Shown: piece after piece, positions 9,829 through 19,665 of the stretch
Layout: every line of letters starts with the position of its first letter
How positions within the stretch are numbered: the stretch's first letter is position 1
NCBI GenBank assembly: GCA_963664435.2
Contig: CAXXKM010000001.1
Span: 1,408,001-1,472,000 of the forward strand
Source: Longimicrobiales bacterium
GTDB taxonomy: Bacteria > Gemmatimonadota > Gemmatimonadetes > Longimicrobiales > Gaopeijiaceae
Reading direction: 5' to 3'
Length of the DNA: 64,000 nucleotides
Translations under genes and position numbers: made by a program
Notes under the pieces: generated by a model
Database searches by the model: none
What the model was told of the DNA's origin: nothing
The model's input: only the letters and a program-made list of their open reading frames with translations

Positions 9829-10563
9829 ATGGGTGGACACAACTCCGATCAGGAAACCCGGGACCCGGGCGCGCGGACGAGCGGTTCGGGGATCCCGGTG
9901 GGACTGCTCATCGCGGCGGTGATCGCGCTCCTGACGGCGGCTGGCGTCGGGACCCGCTATTACCTCTACGGCGACCTGGACGCCATCCATTGCCTGTTCA
10001 GCGTGTTTTTCTCGATCAATCTGCTGATCTGCTACTGGGAAATGTGCCTGTTCTTCCGCAGGGACTACATCGAGGCGCGCGCGGAGCATTGGCGCAAGTG
10101 GAGGCGTGAGACCGGCCGCACCCCGGCGGTCGAATTCCTTGTCACCAGGGTCCCGCCGAACCGGATCCTGTCCCCGACGTTCTGGGCCGACGTCTGGGCG
10201 ACGTACTCGATGATCGATTCGGCGTACGAGGAGCGCAGCAGCTTCGGCTTCACCGCCGACATCGGCAACGGGTTCGTTACGCCGGTTCCGACCCTGGTCC
10301 TTTACGCGGGCTATACGGTCGAAGTCGTGCCGCCCATGGTTGCCGGTATCGTCGGGGCGATGCTCTTCTGGCAGTGGGTCTACGTGTCGTCGCTGTACTG
10401 GGTCAGCTTCTTCGTGACGCGGAGCCAGGCCCGCATCACCAGGCGCGAGTTGTACATCTATGTGGTTGCCCTGAACTCCATCTGGGTGCTGATTCCGCTG
10501 CTGGGACTGTACGTCTCCGTTCGCCTGATTCTCGACGGGACGTACTGCGTGCTTGGGTACTGA
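9829..10563 (+). CDS. Integral membrane protein, EXPERA/emopamil-binding-protein (sterol isomerase)-like
   Basis: About 5 hydrophobic helices; WATYSMIDSAY and YVVALNSIWVLIP resemble the EBP motifs WKEYxxxDSRY and YFVFMNxLWLVLP. Confidence 0.6.
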   Translation: MGGHNSDQETRDPGARTSGSGIPVGLLIAAVIALLTAAGVGTRYYLYGDLDAIHCLFSVFFSINLLICYWEMCLFFRRDYIEARAEHWRKWRRETGRTPAVEFLVTRVPPNRILSPTFWADVWATYSMIDSAYEERSSFGFTADIGNGFVTPVPTLVLYAGYTVEVVPPMVAGIVGAMLFWQWVYVSSLYWVSFFVTRSQARITRRELYIYVVALNSIWVLIPLLGLYVSVRLILDGTYCVLGY

Positions 10564-10600
10564 TGGACATCGCAAATGACTGGTCATATCATATGTCCAT
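10563..10600. promoter_or_regulatory. Nested palindromic operator upstream of the TA operon
   Basis: ATGGACAT-N5-ATGAC-TG-GTCAT-N5-ATGTCCAT, symmetric, 21 bp before the antitoxin start. Confidence 0.65.
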
Positions 10601-10621
10601 GTTTCAGCGGGGAAAGAATCC

Positions 10622-10879
10622 ATGAAGACACAGCCCAATGCGGAGGGGAGCACGGCACTACCCCGGAGGATCGGCGCGGCGCGATTCAAGGAGCAGTGCC
10701 TCTCGTTGCTGGATCGGCTCGGTCCTGACGGCCTGGTGATCACCAAGCGGGGCAAACCGGTTGCGCGGGTGTTGCCCTTTGAGCAGGACTCGGCCAGCCT
10801 GATCGGCAGTCTGCGGGACAAGCTCGAGATCAGGGGGGATATCCTGTCCACGGGGATTCGGTGGGACGCGGAGTGCTGA
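10622..10879 (+). CDS. Phd/YefM family antitoxin
   Basis: IGAARFKEQCLSLLD...LVITKRGKPVARVLP; overlaps the toxin start. Confidence 0.9.
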   Translation: MKTQPNAEGSTALPRRIGAARFKEQCLSLLDRLGPDGLVITKRGKPVARVLPFEQDSASLIGSLRDKLEIRGDILSTGIRWDAEC

Positions 10880-11235
10880 ACCTCGACACGCATATCCTTA
10901 TCTACGCCCTGCGCGGAGCACTGGCCGGCAGCGAGCAGCAATTGCTCGCCGGCACGCAGTGGTCGGTCTCCTCCATCGTCTTCTGGGAGATCGCGAAGCT
11001 CGTCCAACTGGGCCGGGTCGAAGTGGACCTCGGCGACCAGCACGTGGTCCGAACCCTGAGTCGTATCCGCTCGTGGCCGATCGATCTGGCGGTGGCTCGC
11101 GCTTCAACCCGACTGGATTTCAGGGGCGATCCGGCCGACCAAATCATCGCTGCGACCAGCGTCGTCCACGGGATCCCTCTCGTCACGCGGGACGCGGTGA
11201 TTCGCAAGTCATCGCTCGTGCCCCTGGCTCTTTAG
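10873..11235 (+). CDS. vapC: VapC family PIN-domain toxin
   Basis: [30 protein letters not shown] acidic PIN motifs. Confidence 0.9.
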   Translation: MLNLDTHILIYALRGALAGSEQQLLAGTQWSVSSIVFWEIAKLVQLGRVEVDLGDQHVVRTLSRIRSWPIDLAVARASTRLDFRGDPADQIIAATSVVHGIPLVTRDAVIRKSSLVPLAL

Positions 11236-11251
11236 CCCGCAAGCAAGAGCC

Positions 11252-11887
11252 ATGCTGCACAGGGCGGGACACGGGTCGGTCGAGGTGGTCGCCGGCGTCA
11301 TGTTCAGCGGCAAGTCGGAGGAGTTGATCCGGCGCGTGCGGCGCGCCCTCATCGCCGGCCGGCGGGTGCAGCTCTTCAAGTCGCACCTCGACGACCGCTA
11401 CGGCGGCCAGTTCCGCATCTCGTCACACGACGGCCGCCAGATCGGCGCCGAGCCTGTCTCCAACTCCGTGCAGGTGGCCGAAAAGGTCCGCCCGGACACG
11501 CAGGTCGTCGCCATCGACGAGGCCCAGTTCCTGGATGACGGCATCTGCGAGGTTGTCGATGCGCTGGCGGATGCGGGGATGCGCGTGATTGTGGCCGGCA
11601 CCGACATGGACTTCCGCGGCGAGCCCTTCGGTCCCATGGGGCTGCTCCTGGCACGCGCGGAGCGGATCGACAAGCTGCACGCCATCTGCGTCGTGTGCGG
11701 CGATCCGGCGACCAGGAACCAGCGTCTCATCGACGGGAAGCCGGCGCCCGCCGAGGGCCCGACGATCCAGGTGGGCGGCGCCGAGACATACGAGGCGCGC
11801 TGCCGCCGCTGCCACGAGGTGCCGATGCGGGATCGGGCGCAACGGGAGCTGTTGCTGAGGAGGGGGAGGGGATGGGAGGGGGTGTAG
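11252..11887 (+). CDS. tdk: Thymidine kinase
   Basis: [12 protein letters not shown]-loop, IDEAQF, Zn-binding CVVC...CRRC. Confidence 0.96.
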   Translation: MLHRAGHGSVEVVAGVMFSGKSEELIRRVRRALIAGRRVQLFKSHLDDRYGGQFRISSHDGRQIGAEPVSNSVQVAEKVRPDTQVVAIDEAQFLDDGICEVVDALADAGMRVIVAGTDMDFRGEPFGPMGLLLARAERIDKLHAICVVCGDPATRNQRLIDGKPAPAEGPTIQVGGAETYEARCRRCHEVPMRDRAQRELLLRRGRGWEGV

Positions 11888-11992
11888 CCTGGTGACGCTT
11901 CAGCCGCGGTGCTGAAAAGGAAGCCCGGCAACCCCAGAGTCGGCGAATCACACGCGCCAGGCTGTCGAAGGCACTGACCACGGGCGCGTGCT

Positions 11993-13765
11993 CTAGCCGC
12001 CTGCGGGGACCCTCAGAATCGGATACGCTTCCCCGGCAACCAGCCGGTCCGCCAGTAACCCCCAGTTGGCAAAGCCATCGTCGGACTGCGGCTCCAGCAG
12101 GCTGAACAGCAGGCGTCCCAGCGGCTGGTCGACCCGCGCCAGCATGTCCCCGGAGTCCGGCGTAACCCGGGTCCTCTCGTAGCGCCCGAACACCGTCTGC
12201 TCGTTGTGGCCCTGGAACGGCTGCGCGGCCGTGCTCACCGAATCGATGCGGAACGCCTCCACATCCAGCGGCGCCGTCCCGGCCGACTCGAGCGTGACAC
12301 CGTGCGCCGCGAGCCGCGTCAGGACCTCCTCCAGGCCGGCGGGAACCAGGTAGGCCTCGGGTACGCGTTCCCGGAGCGTCGGTGCGAAGGTCCCGTACTC
12401 GTACATCGTCTCGACGTACTGCGTATCGGTACGCAGGAGTAGCGGGCGCCCGGTAAGCGGGTGTGCCTCCTCGATGGTGGCGCCCATGAGGATGTCGACC
12501 GGTGCGGCGGAGCGCTCCGGTGCGGCGCGGAGCGCGAGCGAATCGCCCACCACCGTGGCGGCATCGGCCTCCGCGACGATGCTCCGCACCTCGCCCGCGT
12601 GCTCATGGACGTAGTCCAGGATCTCTTCGACGAAATACAGCGTCGCGAGCACCCGCTCCTCGAAGGACGCGTAGGAATAGGCCTCGCTCAGGATCGCGAT
12701 CCGGTTGCGCAGACCGATGTAGTTGTTGTTGAACCGCGGGCGGTGGTCGAAGGTGTACCAGCCGGGCTCGCCCCCTCCGCGCGCGAACGCGTTCCCGTAG
12801 TAGTAGTAGTCCCAGCCGTGCCTGTCCCGGATCTCCCCGGTCACGTGCGGAAGGAGCCCCTCCCGGAGAAAGTCGTCGATTCCGGCAGGGGTGTTGGGGT
12901 GGAGCGGCGGTGAGTAGGTGAGATGGTAGGCGTGCTGTGTCCCGTTCGTCGTATGCAGGTCGACGGCGACATGCGGATCGTACTCGCTGAACAACCGCGC
13001 CACCGAGCGCGCCTCGGGCGAGTCGAGCTTCATGTGATCGCGGTTCAGGTCGTAGCCCTGGGCGTTCGGCCGCTGCCCCATCCCCCCGACCGGCCCGTGC
13101 TGGCGGCCACGGTTGGTGAGGGTCACCCGTTCATTGCCGTCCGCGTTGTAGATGGGCCCGATGAGCAGCACCATCGACTCCCGCCATTCGCCGTGGCGGC
13201 CGGCCATGAGGTCGCGGAGCAGCATCTGGAGCGCCTCCTTCCCGCACACCTCGCCCCCGTGGATGTTGCCCTGAAGATAGACGACCGTCCTGCCCGAAGC
13301 CCGGACCGAGGCCGGGCTCGCATCGGCCACGTCGCCCACCACGGCCAGGGGCAGCGCCCGTCCCTCGCTGGTATAGCCGAAGGTGGTGTAGTGGACCAAC
13401 GGCGAAATGGCCGCCGCGCGCTGCAGGAAGTCCACGACATCGGCGTGGGAGCTGGTCTCGCGATAATCCGTGCGCTCCGCGCGCGTGAGGAAAGATTCGT
13501 CGGGGACCGGGGCACCGTCGCACGCCGCGACCACGACCGTGACCGCCGTCACCACGCAGGCAAGCGTCCCCCACCGAGTGCGGCCAGGCGCCGGCGTGGC
13601 CACCCGAGGACCCGAGGCTGCACGTCCTGTTGCCGAGGAGGCTGCACGTCCGGTTGCCGAGAGGGCTGCTCGCCCTGTTGCCGTGGAGGCTCCACGTCCC
13701 ACTGGCGAGGGGGCTGTACGTCCGGTTGCCCGGGAAGCCGCTGGTCCTGTTTCTGAACTCGTCAT
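11993..13765 (-). CDS. M14 family zinc carboxypeptidase (lipoprotein)
   Basis: IHGGE, DLNRD, VDLHT motifs; lipobox VAAC. Confidence 0.9.
   Translation of the reverse strand: MTSSETGPAASRATGRTAPSPVGRGASTATGRAALSATGRAASSATGRAASGPRVATPAPGRTRWGTLACVVTAVTVVVAACDGAPVPDESFLTRAERTDYRETSSHADVVDFLQRAAAISPLVHYTTFGYTSEGRALPLAVVGDVADASPASVRASGRTVVYLQGNIHGGEVCGKEALQMLLRDLMAGRHGEWRESMVLLIGPIYNADGNERVTLTNRGRQHGPVGGMGQRPNAQGYDLNRDHMKLDSPEARSVARLFSEYDPHVAVDLHTTNGTQHAYHLTYSPPLHPNTPAGIDDFLREGLLPHVTGEIRDRHGWDYYYYGNAFARGGGEPGWYTFDHRPRFNNNYIGLRNRIAILSEAYSYASFEERVLATLYFVEEILDYVHEHAGEVRSIVAEADAATVVGDSLALRAAPERSAAPVDILMGATIEEAHPLTGRPLLLRTDTQYVETMYEYGTFAPTLRERVPEAYLVPAGLEEVLTRLAAHGVTLESAGTAPLDVEAFRIDSVSTAAQPFQGHNEQTVFGRYERTRVTPDSGDMLARVDQPLGRLLFSLLEPQSDDGFANWGLLADRLVAGEAYPILRVPAGG
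13614..13757. repeat. Six degenerate 24-bp tandem repeats encoding the (ATGRAASS)-like N-terminal extension of the M14 peptidase
   Basis: Units such as GAGGCTGCACGTCCTGTTGCCGAG and GAGGCTGCACGTCCGGTTGCCGAG. Confidence 0.8.
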
Positions 13766-13939
13766 GTGTCACCGCGCCGTTTCGATGATCGGGTCTGTTG
13801 CGCCAGGAATCCCCAACCTATGGTCCGGGATCCCCGTTCCACCAACCGTTCCACATCCCCGCACAGGAAACAGCTTGCCCGAGCCCCATATCGCGCAGCG
13901 TGCCGATCTTCCCGTGGCAAGCAAATCGGCCATCGACCG

Positions 13940-15538
13940 ATGAGCCGCGGGCGACATCGGCGAGCCACGGCGCGTGCCGGGCTGTGGAAGGGGCTGAATC
14001 CCGCGATGGCGCTGGCCGCCAAGGGCGTCGTCCTGATCTTCGTCCTCGCCACGGTCCGGGACGTGGACGCCGCCGGCGCCGTCTTCGGCCGCATCCGCGA
14101 CTGGATCGAGGGCACGCTCGACTGGTTCTACATCCTGACCGTCTGCGCCGCCGTGCTCACCTGCCTGTTCCTGGTGTGCAGCCGATTCGGCAGGATCCGG
14201 CTCGGCGACGACGCTTCCGAACCCGAGTTCAGAACGTCCTCCTGGATCGCCATGCTGTTCTCGGCAGGCGTCGGGATCGGGCTGCTGTTCTTCTCCATTG
14301 CCGAACCGCTCTTCTATTTCGACAACAGCCAGGCCGCGGGTTACCCCAACAACCCGGTCGCCGACCTGGCGGGCGCCGTGTTGCTGGACGAGCAGCGCGC
14401 CGCGCACGCCATGCGCATCACCTACTTCCATTGGGGAATACACGGATGGTCCGTGTACGTCGTCGTCGGGCTGTGCCTGGCCTATTTCGGGTTTCGCAGG
14501 AAACTGCCGCTGACGCTGCGCTCAGCCCTGTACCCGCTCATCGGCGACCGGATCTACGGCCCGATCGGTGACCTGGTGGACCTTCTGGCGGTGTTCGGCG
14601 GGGTCTTCGGCATCGCCACCTCCCTGGGTCTCGGAGCCAGCCAGATGGCCACCGGGCTGAACGTCCTGCTCGGCGCCGATCCGGGTGTCGTCACGCAGGT
14701 CGCGCTCATCGCCGCCATCTCGCTGGCGGCCACACTGTCGGCCGTGTCCGGCGTGAGGCGAGGCATCCGCATCCTGTCCGAGTGGAACATCGTCCTGAGC
14801 GTTGTCCTGCTGGGCATCTTTCTGTTCCTGGGCCCTTTCGAATGGCTCGCCGGATTCGTTGCCACCTCCCTGGGCTCCTACCTGCGGCACCTGGCGCCCA
14901 TGTCGTTCTGGATTGCCGATGGTCCGGGGGAAGCCGCCTGGCAGAACGCCTGGACGATCTTCTACTGGGGATGGTGGATCTCGTGGGCCCCCTTCGTCGG
15001 CACGTTCATCGCCCGCATCTCCCGCGGGCGCACGGTGCGCGAGTTCATCCTGGGCGTGATGTTCGTCCCGACCGGCCTGGTGCTGCTGTGGTTCGGGGTT
15101 TTCGGCGGCAACGCCATCCACCTGGAACTCAACGCCGCGGGCGGCGTCGGAACCGCCGGGATCATGGAACTGGTGCGGGCCGCGAACTACGAAGCCGCGC
15201 TCTACGCGACCATCGGCCGGATGAGCGACCTCGGCTGGCTCACCTGGGCCATGTCCGCCATGGCCACCCTTCTGCTTGCGACCTGGTTCGTCACTTCTTC
15301 GGACTCCGGCACCCTGGTCATCACCACCTTCCTGAGCATGGGCGACGCTCATCCCCCGCGCCGTTTCCGCATCGTCTGGGGGCTCGGCGTGGGACTGGTG
15401 GCCGCCGTGCTCCTGCTCGCCGACGGCCTCCAGGCCCTGCAGACGGCAGCCATAGCCGCCGCCCTGCCCGTGAGCGTCGTGCTGCTGTTCATGATCGCCG
15501 GGCTGCTCAAGTCGCTGGCGCAGGATGGTGGTGAGTGA
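13940..15538 (+). CDS. BCCT family transporter (betaine/choline/carnitine)
   Basis: SWIAMLFSAGVGIGLLFFSIAEP, FHWGIHGW, WTIFYWGWWISWAPFVGTFIARISRGRT. Confidence 0.96.
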   Translation: MSRGRHRRATARAGLWKGLNPAMALAAKGVVLIFVLATVRDVDAAGAVFGRIRDWIEGTLDWFYILTVCAAVLTCLFLVCSRFGRIRLGDDASEPEFRTSSWIAMLFSAGVGIGLLFFSIAEPLFYFDNSQAAGYPNNPVADLAGAVLLDEQRAAHAMRITYFHWGIHGWSVYVVVGLCLAYFGFRRKLPLTLRSALYPLIGDRIYGPIGDLVDLLAVFGGVFGIATSLGLGASQMATGLNVLLGADPGVVTQVALIAAISLAATLSAVSGVRRGIRILSEWNIVLSVVLLGIFLFLGPFEWLAGFVATSLGSYLRHLAPMSFWIADGPGEAAWQNAWTIFYWGWWISWAPFVGTFIARISRGRTVREFILGVMFVPTGLVLLWFGVFGGNAIHLELNAAGGVGTAGIMELVRAANYEAALYATIGRMSDLGWLTWAMSAMATLLLATWFVTSSDSGTLVITTFLSMGDAHPPRRFRIVWGLGVGLVAAVLLLADGLQALQTAAIAAALPVSVVLLFMIAGLLKSLAQDGGE

Positions 15539-15613
15539 GCGGCGTAAGGAAGATTTCTTTTCCAACGAAGACGCTAACGAAACCGAACGCCTTGAATCTT
15601 TCTTAGAGCGGCG
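15537..15613. repeat. 61-bp AT-rich element with 11-bp inverted ends, flanked by an 8-bp direct repeat (MITE-like or operator)
   Basis: GAGCGGCG (15537-44), TAAGGAAGATT...AATCTTTCTTA (15545-15605), GAGCGGCG (15606-13). Confidence 0.55.
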
Positions 15614-15706
15614 CCATCTTGGGATTCACCCTTCGGTTCCACGTCCAGCGATGTCCCTGCCGCACAGACGGCGGAGAGCACTCGCTGGCTGCGATTCCCA
15701 TACCAG

Positions 15707-16876
15707 ATGCGCCGCGAATCCACAGGCACTTACGAAGTAACCGTCGGTGGCGGAGAGACCGTGCGGGCCTTCGTACCCCGGCCTCTCCCGCCTGTCCCGG
15801 AAGTCGATTTCCGCGAGGGTCTCCGGCGTCCGCTCGAAGCGGCCACGACCGCCCTGGGACGGCTCGATGCGGTCACGGAGTTGCTGCCGGATGCAGCCCT
15901 CTTTGTGTACGGCTATGTGCGAAAAGAGGCCGTGCTGTCTTCTCAGATCGAGGGCACCCAGTCTTCGCTGGCCGACCTGATGCTCCACGAGGCGGGCGGT
16001 GCGCCCGGTGCCCCCGTCAGCGATGTGCTGGAAACGTCGAACGCCGTGGCGGCCCTGAATCACGGCGTCGAGCGCCTGCGGGGTGGCTTTCCGTTGGCCA
16101 ATCGCCTCATGCGGGAGATGCACGCCAGGTTGCTGGCGAGCGGCCGCGGGGCGGCGATGATGCCGGGCGAGTTCCGGCGATCTCAGAACTGGATCGGCGG
16201 CTCACGTCCCGGCAACGCGGCCTTCGTGCCACCACCACCCAACCATGTCCAGGAATGCATGGCTGACCTGGAGCGCTTCATCAACGCCACGGACGACGGA
16301 CTTCCCGTTCTCGTCAAGGCCGGACTGGCGCATGTGCAGTTCGAGACCATCCACCCTTTTCTCGATGGCAACGGCCGGCTGGGACGATTGCTGATCACTC
16401 TGATGCTGTGTGACGCCGGCCTTCTCCGGGAGCCACTTCTGTATCTCAGCCTGTACTTCAAGAGCCATCGGAGCACGTATTACCAGCTCCTCAACGACAT
16501 CCGGCACACCGGAGACTGGGAAGCCTGGCTGCGGTTCTTCCTGGAGGGCGTGCGCGAGGTAGCGGAAGGAGCCTTCGCGACGGCTCGGATTGCGAGCAAA
16601 ACGATCCGGGAAGACAGATTGCGGATCGGACGCCAGGGAAGACGCGCGGGTTCGGCGCTGCGGGTGCACCAGTCGCTCGTCGAACGGCCGGTCGGCGGCA
16701 TCGCCCATCTCGCGCGGCGAACCGGCCTGTCCGCGCCGACCGTGGCCGCCGTGCTCCGGCTTCTCGAAGAACTGGACATCGTGCGCGAAGTCACGGGCCG
16801 CCAGCGTGGCAAGATCTTCACGTATGAGCGGTATCTGGCCATTCTGCGGGAGGGGACGGAGGATCCGCCCGGGTAG
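15707..16876 (+). CDS. Fic family protein (class II-type) with C-terminal HTH
   Basis: Canonical HPFLDGNGRLGR; N-terminal inhibitory motif SSQIEG. Confidence 0.95.
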   Translation: MRRESTGTYEVTVGGGETVRAFVPRPLPPVPEVDFREGLRRPLEAATTALGRLDAVTELLPDAALFVYGYVRKEAVLSSQIEGTQSSLADLMLHEAGGAPGAPVSDVLETSNAVAALNHGVERLRGGFPLANRLMREMHARLLASGRGAAMMPGEFRRSQNWIGGSRPGNAAFVPPPPNHVQECMADLERFINATDDGLPVLVKAGLAHVQFETIHPFLDGNGRLGRLLITLMLCDAGLLREPLLYLSLYFKSHRSTYYQLLNDIRHTGDWEAWLRFFLEGVREVAEGAFATARIASKTIREDRLRIGRQGRRAGSALRVHQSLVERPVGGIAHLARRTGLSAPTVAAVLRLLEELDIVREVTGRQRGKIFTYERYLAILREGTEDPPG

Positions 16877-16887
16877 GAATCAGCCGA

Positions 16888-17942
16888 TCATGCCGCGGAC
16901 AAGATCCTTCGCCAGTCGTCCGACAGCGGCCTCAGTTCCTTCGCCTGAACCCATACCTGTCGCCCCGACTGGTGGGCCTGACCGTAGGCCCAGCGTGCTA
17001 TCTGATGAGTCGCGGGCCAATCGTGCAGGACCTTCAGTTCATCGAAGCCATGCTGCAGTTCGTCCCGGCGGGTACGATTCCGCTCGGTCCATCGTTCGAG
17101 GTGTTCCTCCGCGGCGAGCAGGTCCGACTTGCTCGAGTTACATCCCTGGTGGGCAAGGACGAAGTTGTGGCCGAGGTCCAGCGCGTACAGCCTCCATGGG
17201 ATGAAGTGGTCGACGTCCGAACGCGACTTGATGTTGCGTTCGCAGTAGAAGCATCGGCCCTGCTGCACTTCCCGGAGCAAAGGACGGTACGCGGCGAGAG
17301 AACTGCGTTGGGATCCGAACAGGAACGACCGCAGATCCACGATTTGTCCCAGGAGCCGTGGGTTGCGCCGCTGGACGAAGTGGGACCATGCCCCTTCGAT
17401 CATGTCGGTGACCATCGGATAGAAGGCCCGAAAGCAGTACGAGACGCCGGGTTCGAGGCGAACGACTCCACCGGCATCCAGATTCTCGTACAGAAACTCC
17501 AGGCGTTGGGAACCGACGGTCTGTAGCTTCCAGAGTGGCATCTTCCTAACCGTCTGCTCGACCTTGCGCCGCACCTGGCCCCAGTCCGCGGCACTCCTCT
17601 CGAGTTCGGCCAGAGAACCTTGATATCGGTTGTGGCGCTCCGCCAGCTCACGCACGATCGCCGCCTGCCGGCCGGTGTTCTGGCTGAGGATCCCCGAGGC
17701 GTCGCCGGCAATGAATGGCGCGACCTGGGGCCAATAAAGCCGGACAAACTGCTCCGCGATCTCGGAGGTTGATAGTTCCAGCTCAGCGCCACTATCATCG
17801 CCCCTGACCAGGCACAGGTCCGCTATGGCATGCAGCAGCGCGACTTTTAGCTGGAGACAAAGCTGCCCTCATCCAGAAGCCGTTGGAGCGAACGAAGGAA
17901 CACAAGCTGCTCTTCGGCCGTGGGCGGTCTCGGCCCGATCAT
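16888..17942 (-). pseudogene. HNH endonuclease, frameshifted near the 5' end
   Basis: ATG at 17942 overlaps the upstream stop; reads MIGPRPPTAEEQLVFLRSLQRLLDEGSFVSS then TAA at 17849-47; adding one base restores YKVALLHAIADLC; C-terminal CFYC...DVDHFIPW...NFVLAHQGCNSSK. Confidence 0.8.
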
Positions 17943-19132
17943 TCGTCCCAGTACGCGGCGCGCTCGGGCAGGACCCAGCGGATGCCGCCTTTCGGATCGG
18001 CCACATCCCCGTGGGAGCGAGGGATGATATGCACGTGCGCATGTTGGACGGTCTGGCCCGCCGCCGTGCCTTCGTTGAGTCCTACATTGAAGCCGTCGGG
18101 GCGAAACTCCGACTGCAATTCATTCCGCACCCGGGTCACGAGACGCCAGATGTCTGCTTGGACTTTGGCGCTTTGGTCGAAGAAGGTCTCAGCGTGAGCC
18201 TTGGGGATTACGAGCGTGTGGCCGTTGTTGACGGGATATCGGTCCCGAATGGCGATGGCGTGCCGCGACTCGGCGACGACAGAGTCCGCGGGCAGGTGGC
18301 AGAAGGGGCAGTCGGCCGGAGGAGCGGCCTTGACCGGCGGGCTGGGAGCCTCACGGATCTCGCGCGGCCACCAGATTACTCCCTCGAGGAGTTCGGTGGG
18401 GTCCCGGGATGCAGTGAGCGCGGAGATATCGTCTAGGTGGCGGGCCATGACCACGGCCGATATCGCGGCGTCGAAGGCATCGTCCGAAGAAGCCGCTCTG
18501 CGCGCGAGCATGTCGTCGATTTCAGGAAAGCCGCCCGCCAGGAGCGCCTTGCGCGCGGAAGGATCGGATTTGTTGACCGGCCCCGTTAGAAGCCGCGGAT
18601 AGATCTCGATCACCAGGGGAGCAGTGACCTCGTGAAAGGGCCAGATCGAGAAGCCGGCTGCGCGAAGTGTCGCCAAGTGAGGCATCCCGCGGATCGAGCC
18701 CGTGCCGACTGCGCCCGCCCCGCCAATCTGGAAGACGCTCTTGGGAAACGAGCCCTTCGCTCTGGCCGCGTCGTCCGTGACCCGAAAGTGCGCGTTCAAG
18801 TCCGGCTTGGGTTTCTTAGGTCTTCCCCAGAACGGGGGCGGGCAATCGCGCAGCCATTCCTCGCCCTGCTCGGCAGCAAGGTCCCACACGTCTTCGACCG
18901 ACCTCGCACCCCGTTCTGCCGCAAACCAACCGGGAAAGGAGAACGCGAAATCCAGGCCGACGACCAGATCGGGGTCCTTCTTCGCATCGTTGATCAGATG
19001 CGTGACTAATTCGCGACGGTCGCGCCCAGACTCCAGCCGCATGAGGGTACCGTCACGGACTTCGGCAAGCCAGATCCTGGATCGCGCCCCGGACTTCGCT
19101 CCGGACCAATCGACTGCGATGACGCGCTTCAT
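17939..19132 (-). CDS. DUF429-like (RNase H-fold predicted nuclease) fused to a HIT hydrolase
   Basis: IAVDWSG, VGLDFAFSFP, IEIYP, DAFDAA, followed by CPFC...GHTLVIPK...AAGQTVQHAHVHIIPR. Confidence 0.85.
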   Translation of the reverse strand: MKRVIAVDWSGAKSGARSRIWLAEVRDGTLMRLESGRDRRELVTHLINDAKKDPDLVVGLDFAFSFPGWFAAERGARSVEDVWDLAAEQGEEWLRDCPPPFWGRPKKPKPDLNAHFRVTDDAARAKGSFPKSVFQIGGAGAVGTGSIRGMPHLATLRAAGFSIWPFHEVTAPLVIEIYPRLLTGPVNKSDPSARKALLAGGFPEIDDMLARRAASSDDAFDAAISAVVMARHLDDISALTASRDPTELLEGVIWWPREIREAPSPPVKAAPPADCPFCHLPADSVVAESRHAIAIRDRYPVNNGHTLVIPKAHAETFFDQSAKVQADIWRLVTRVRNELQSEFRPDGFNVGLNEGTAAGQTVQHAHVHIIPRSHGDVADPKGGIRWVLPERAAYWDE

Positions 19133-19349
19133 GGAGCAACCATCACCTACCGAAGATGTGACGAGTGTTTCCTCCTGGGTCACTTTCTGGGCCGGACCAG
19201 ACCAGTTGAGGTCGACTCCGCAACTCCCCGTGCATGGTCACATCACGACTCCTTCCCGCTTGGTGCTCTGGCGGTTGAGACTTGGTCGGTACTTTCTCGG
19301 CCACCACGGAAGAGACAGTAGGAGGGGTGACATGGATTGATCGCGCGAG

Positions 19350-19665
19350 TCAGATCGTCACTTCCACGAATTCGCCGGGGCCGATCGCCGACCAAGTTGC
19401 GGATCTCCTCCGTACGGAGCCGGATCCTGGGCCAGGCTGTGGACATGAGCACCATCACCGCCAACCTTCTCTTCGCCAAATCTTGTTGATGCCGCAGACT
19501 TTGATCCGTGGTGATCAAGAGTTGGTAGCCATGCTCCTCGGCCATATCGATCAGGGCGCTGTTGCGGAGCTGTGCCCATCCGCGTTCGAATGCTGTATCT
19601 ACCCGATGCCTCGGAAGGTGACGTCGGAGGGGTACCGGAGTTCCCTGATCGAAGAGAACCTTCAC
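19350..19665 (-). pseudogene. DUF5615/PIN-like toxin with a frameshift near the C-terminus
   Basis: MKVLFDQGTP...LITTDQSLRHQQ; the probable native ending AIGPGEFVEVTI* (stop at 19350) is in another frame; the ORF track reads through to 19243. Confidence 0.65.
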
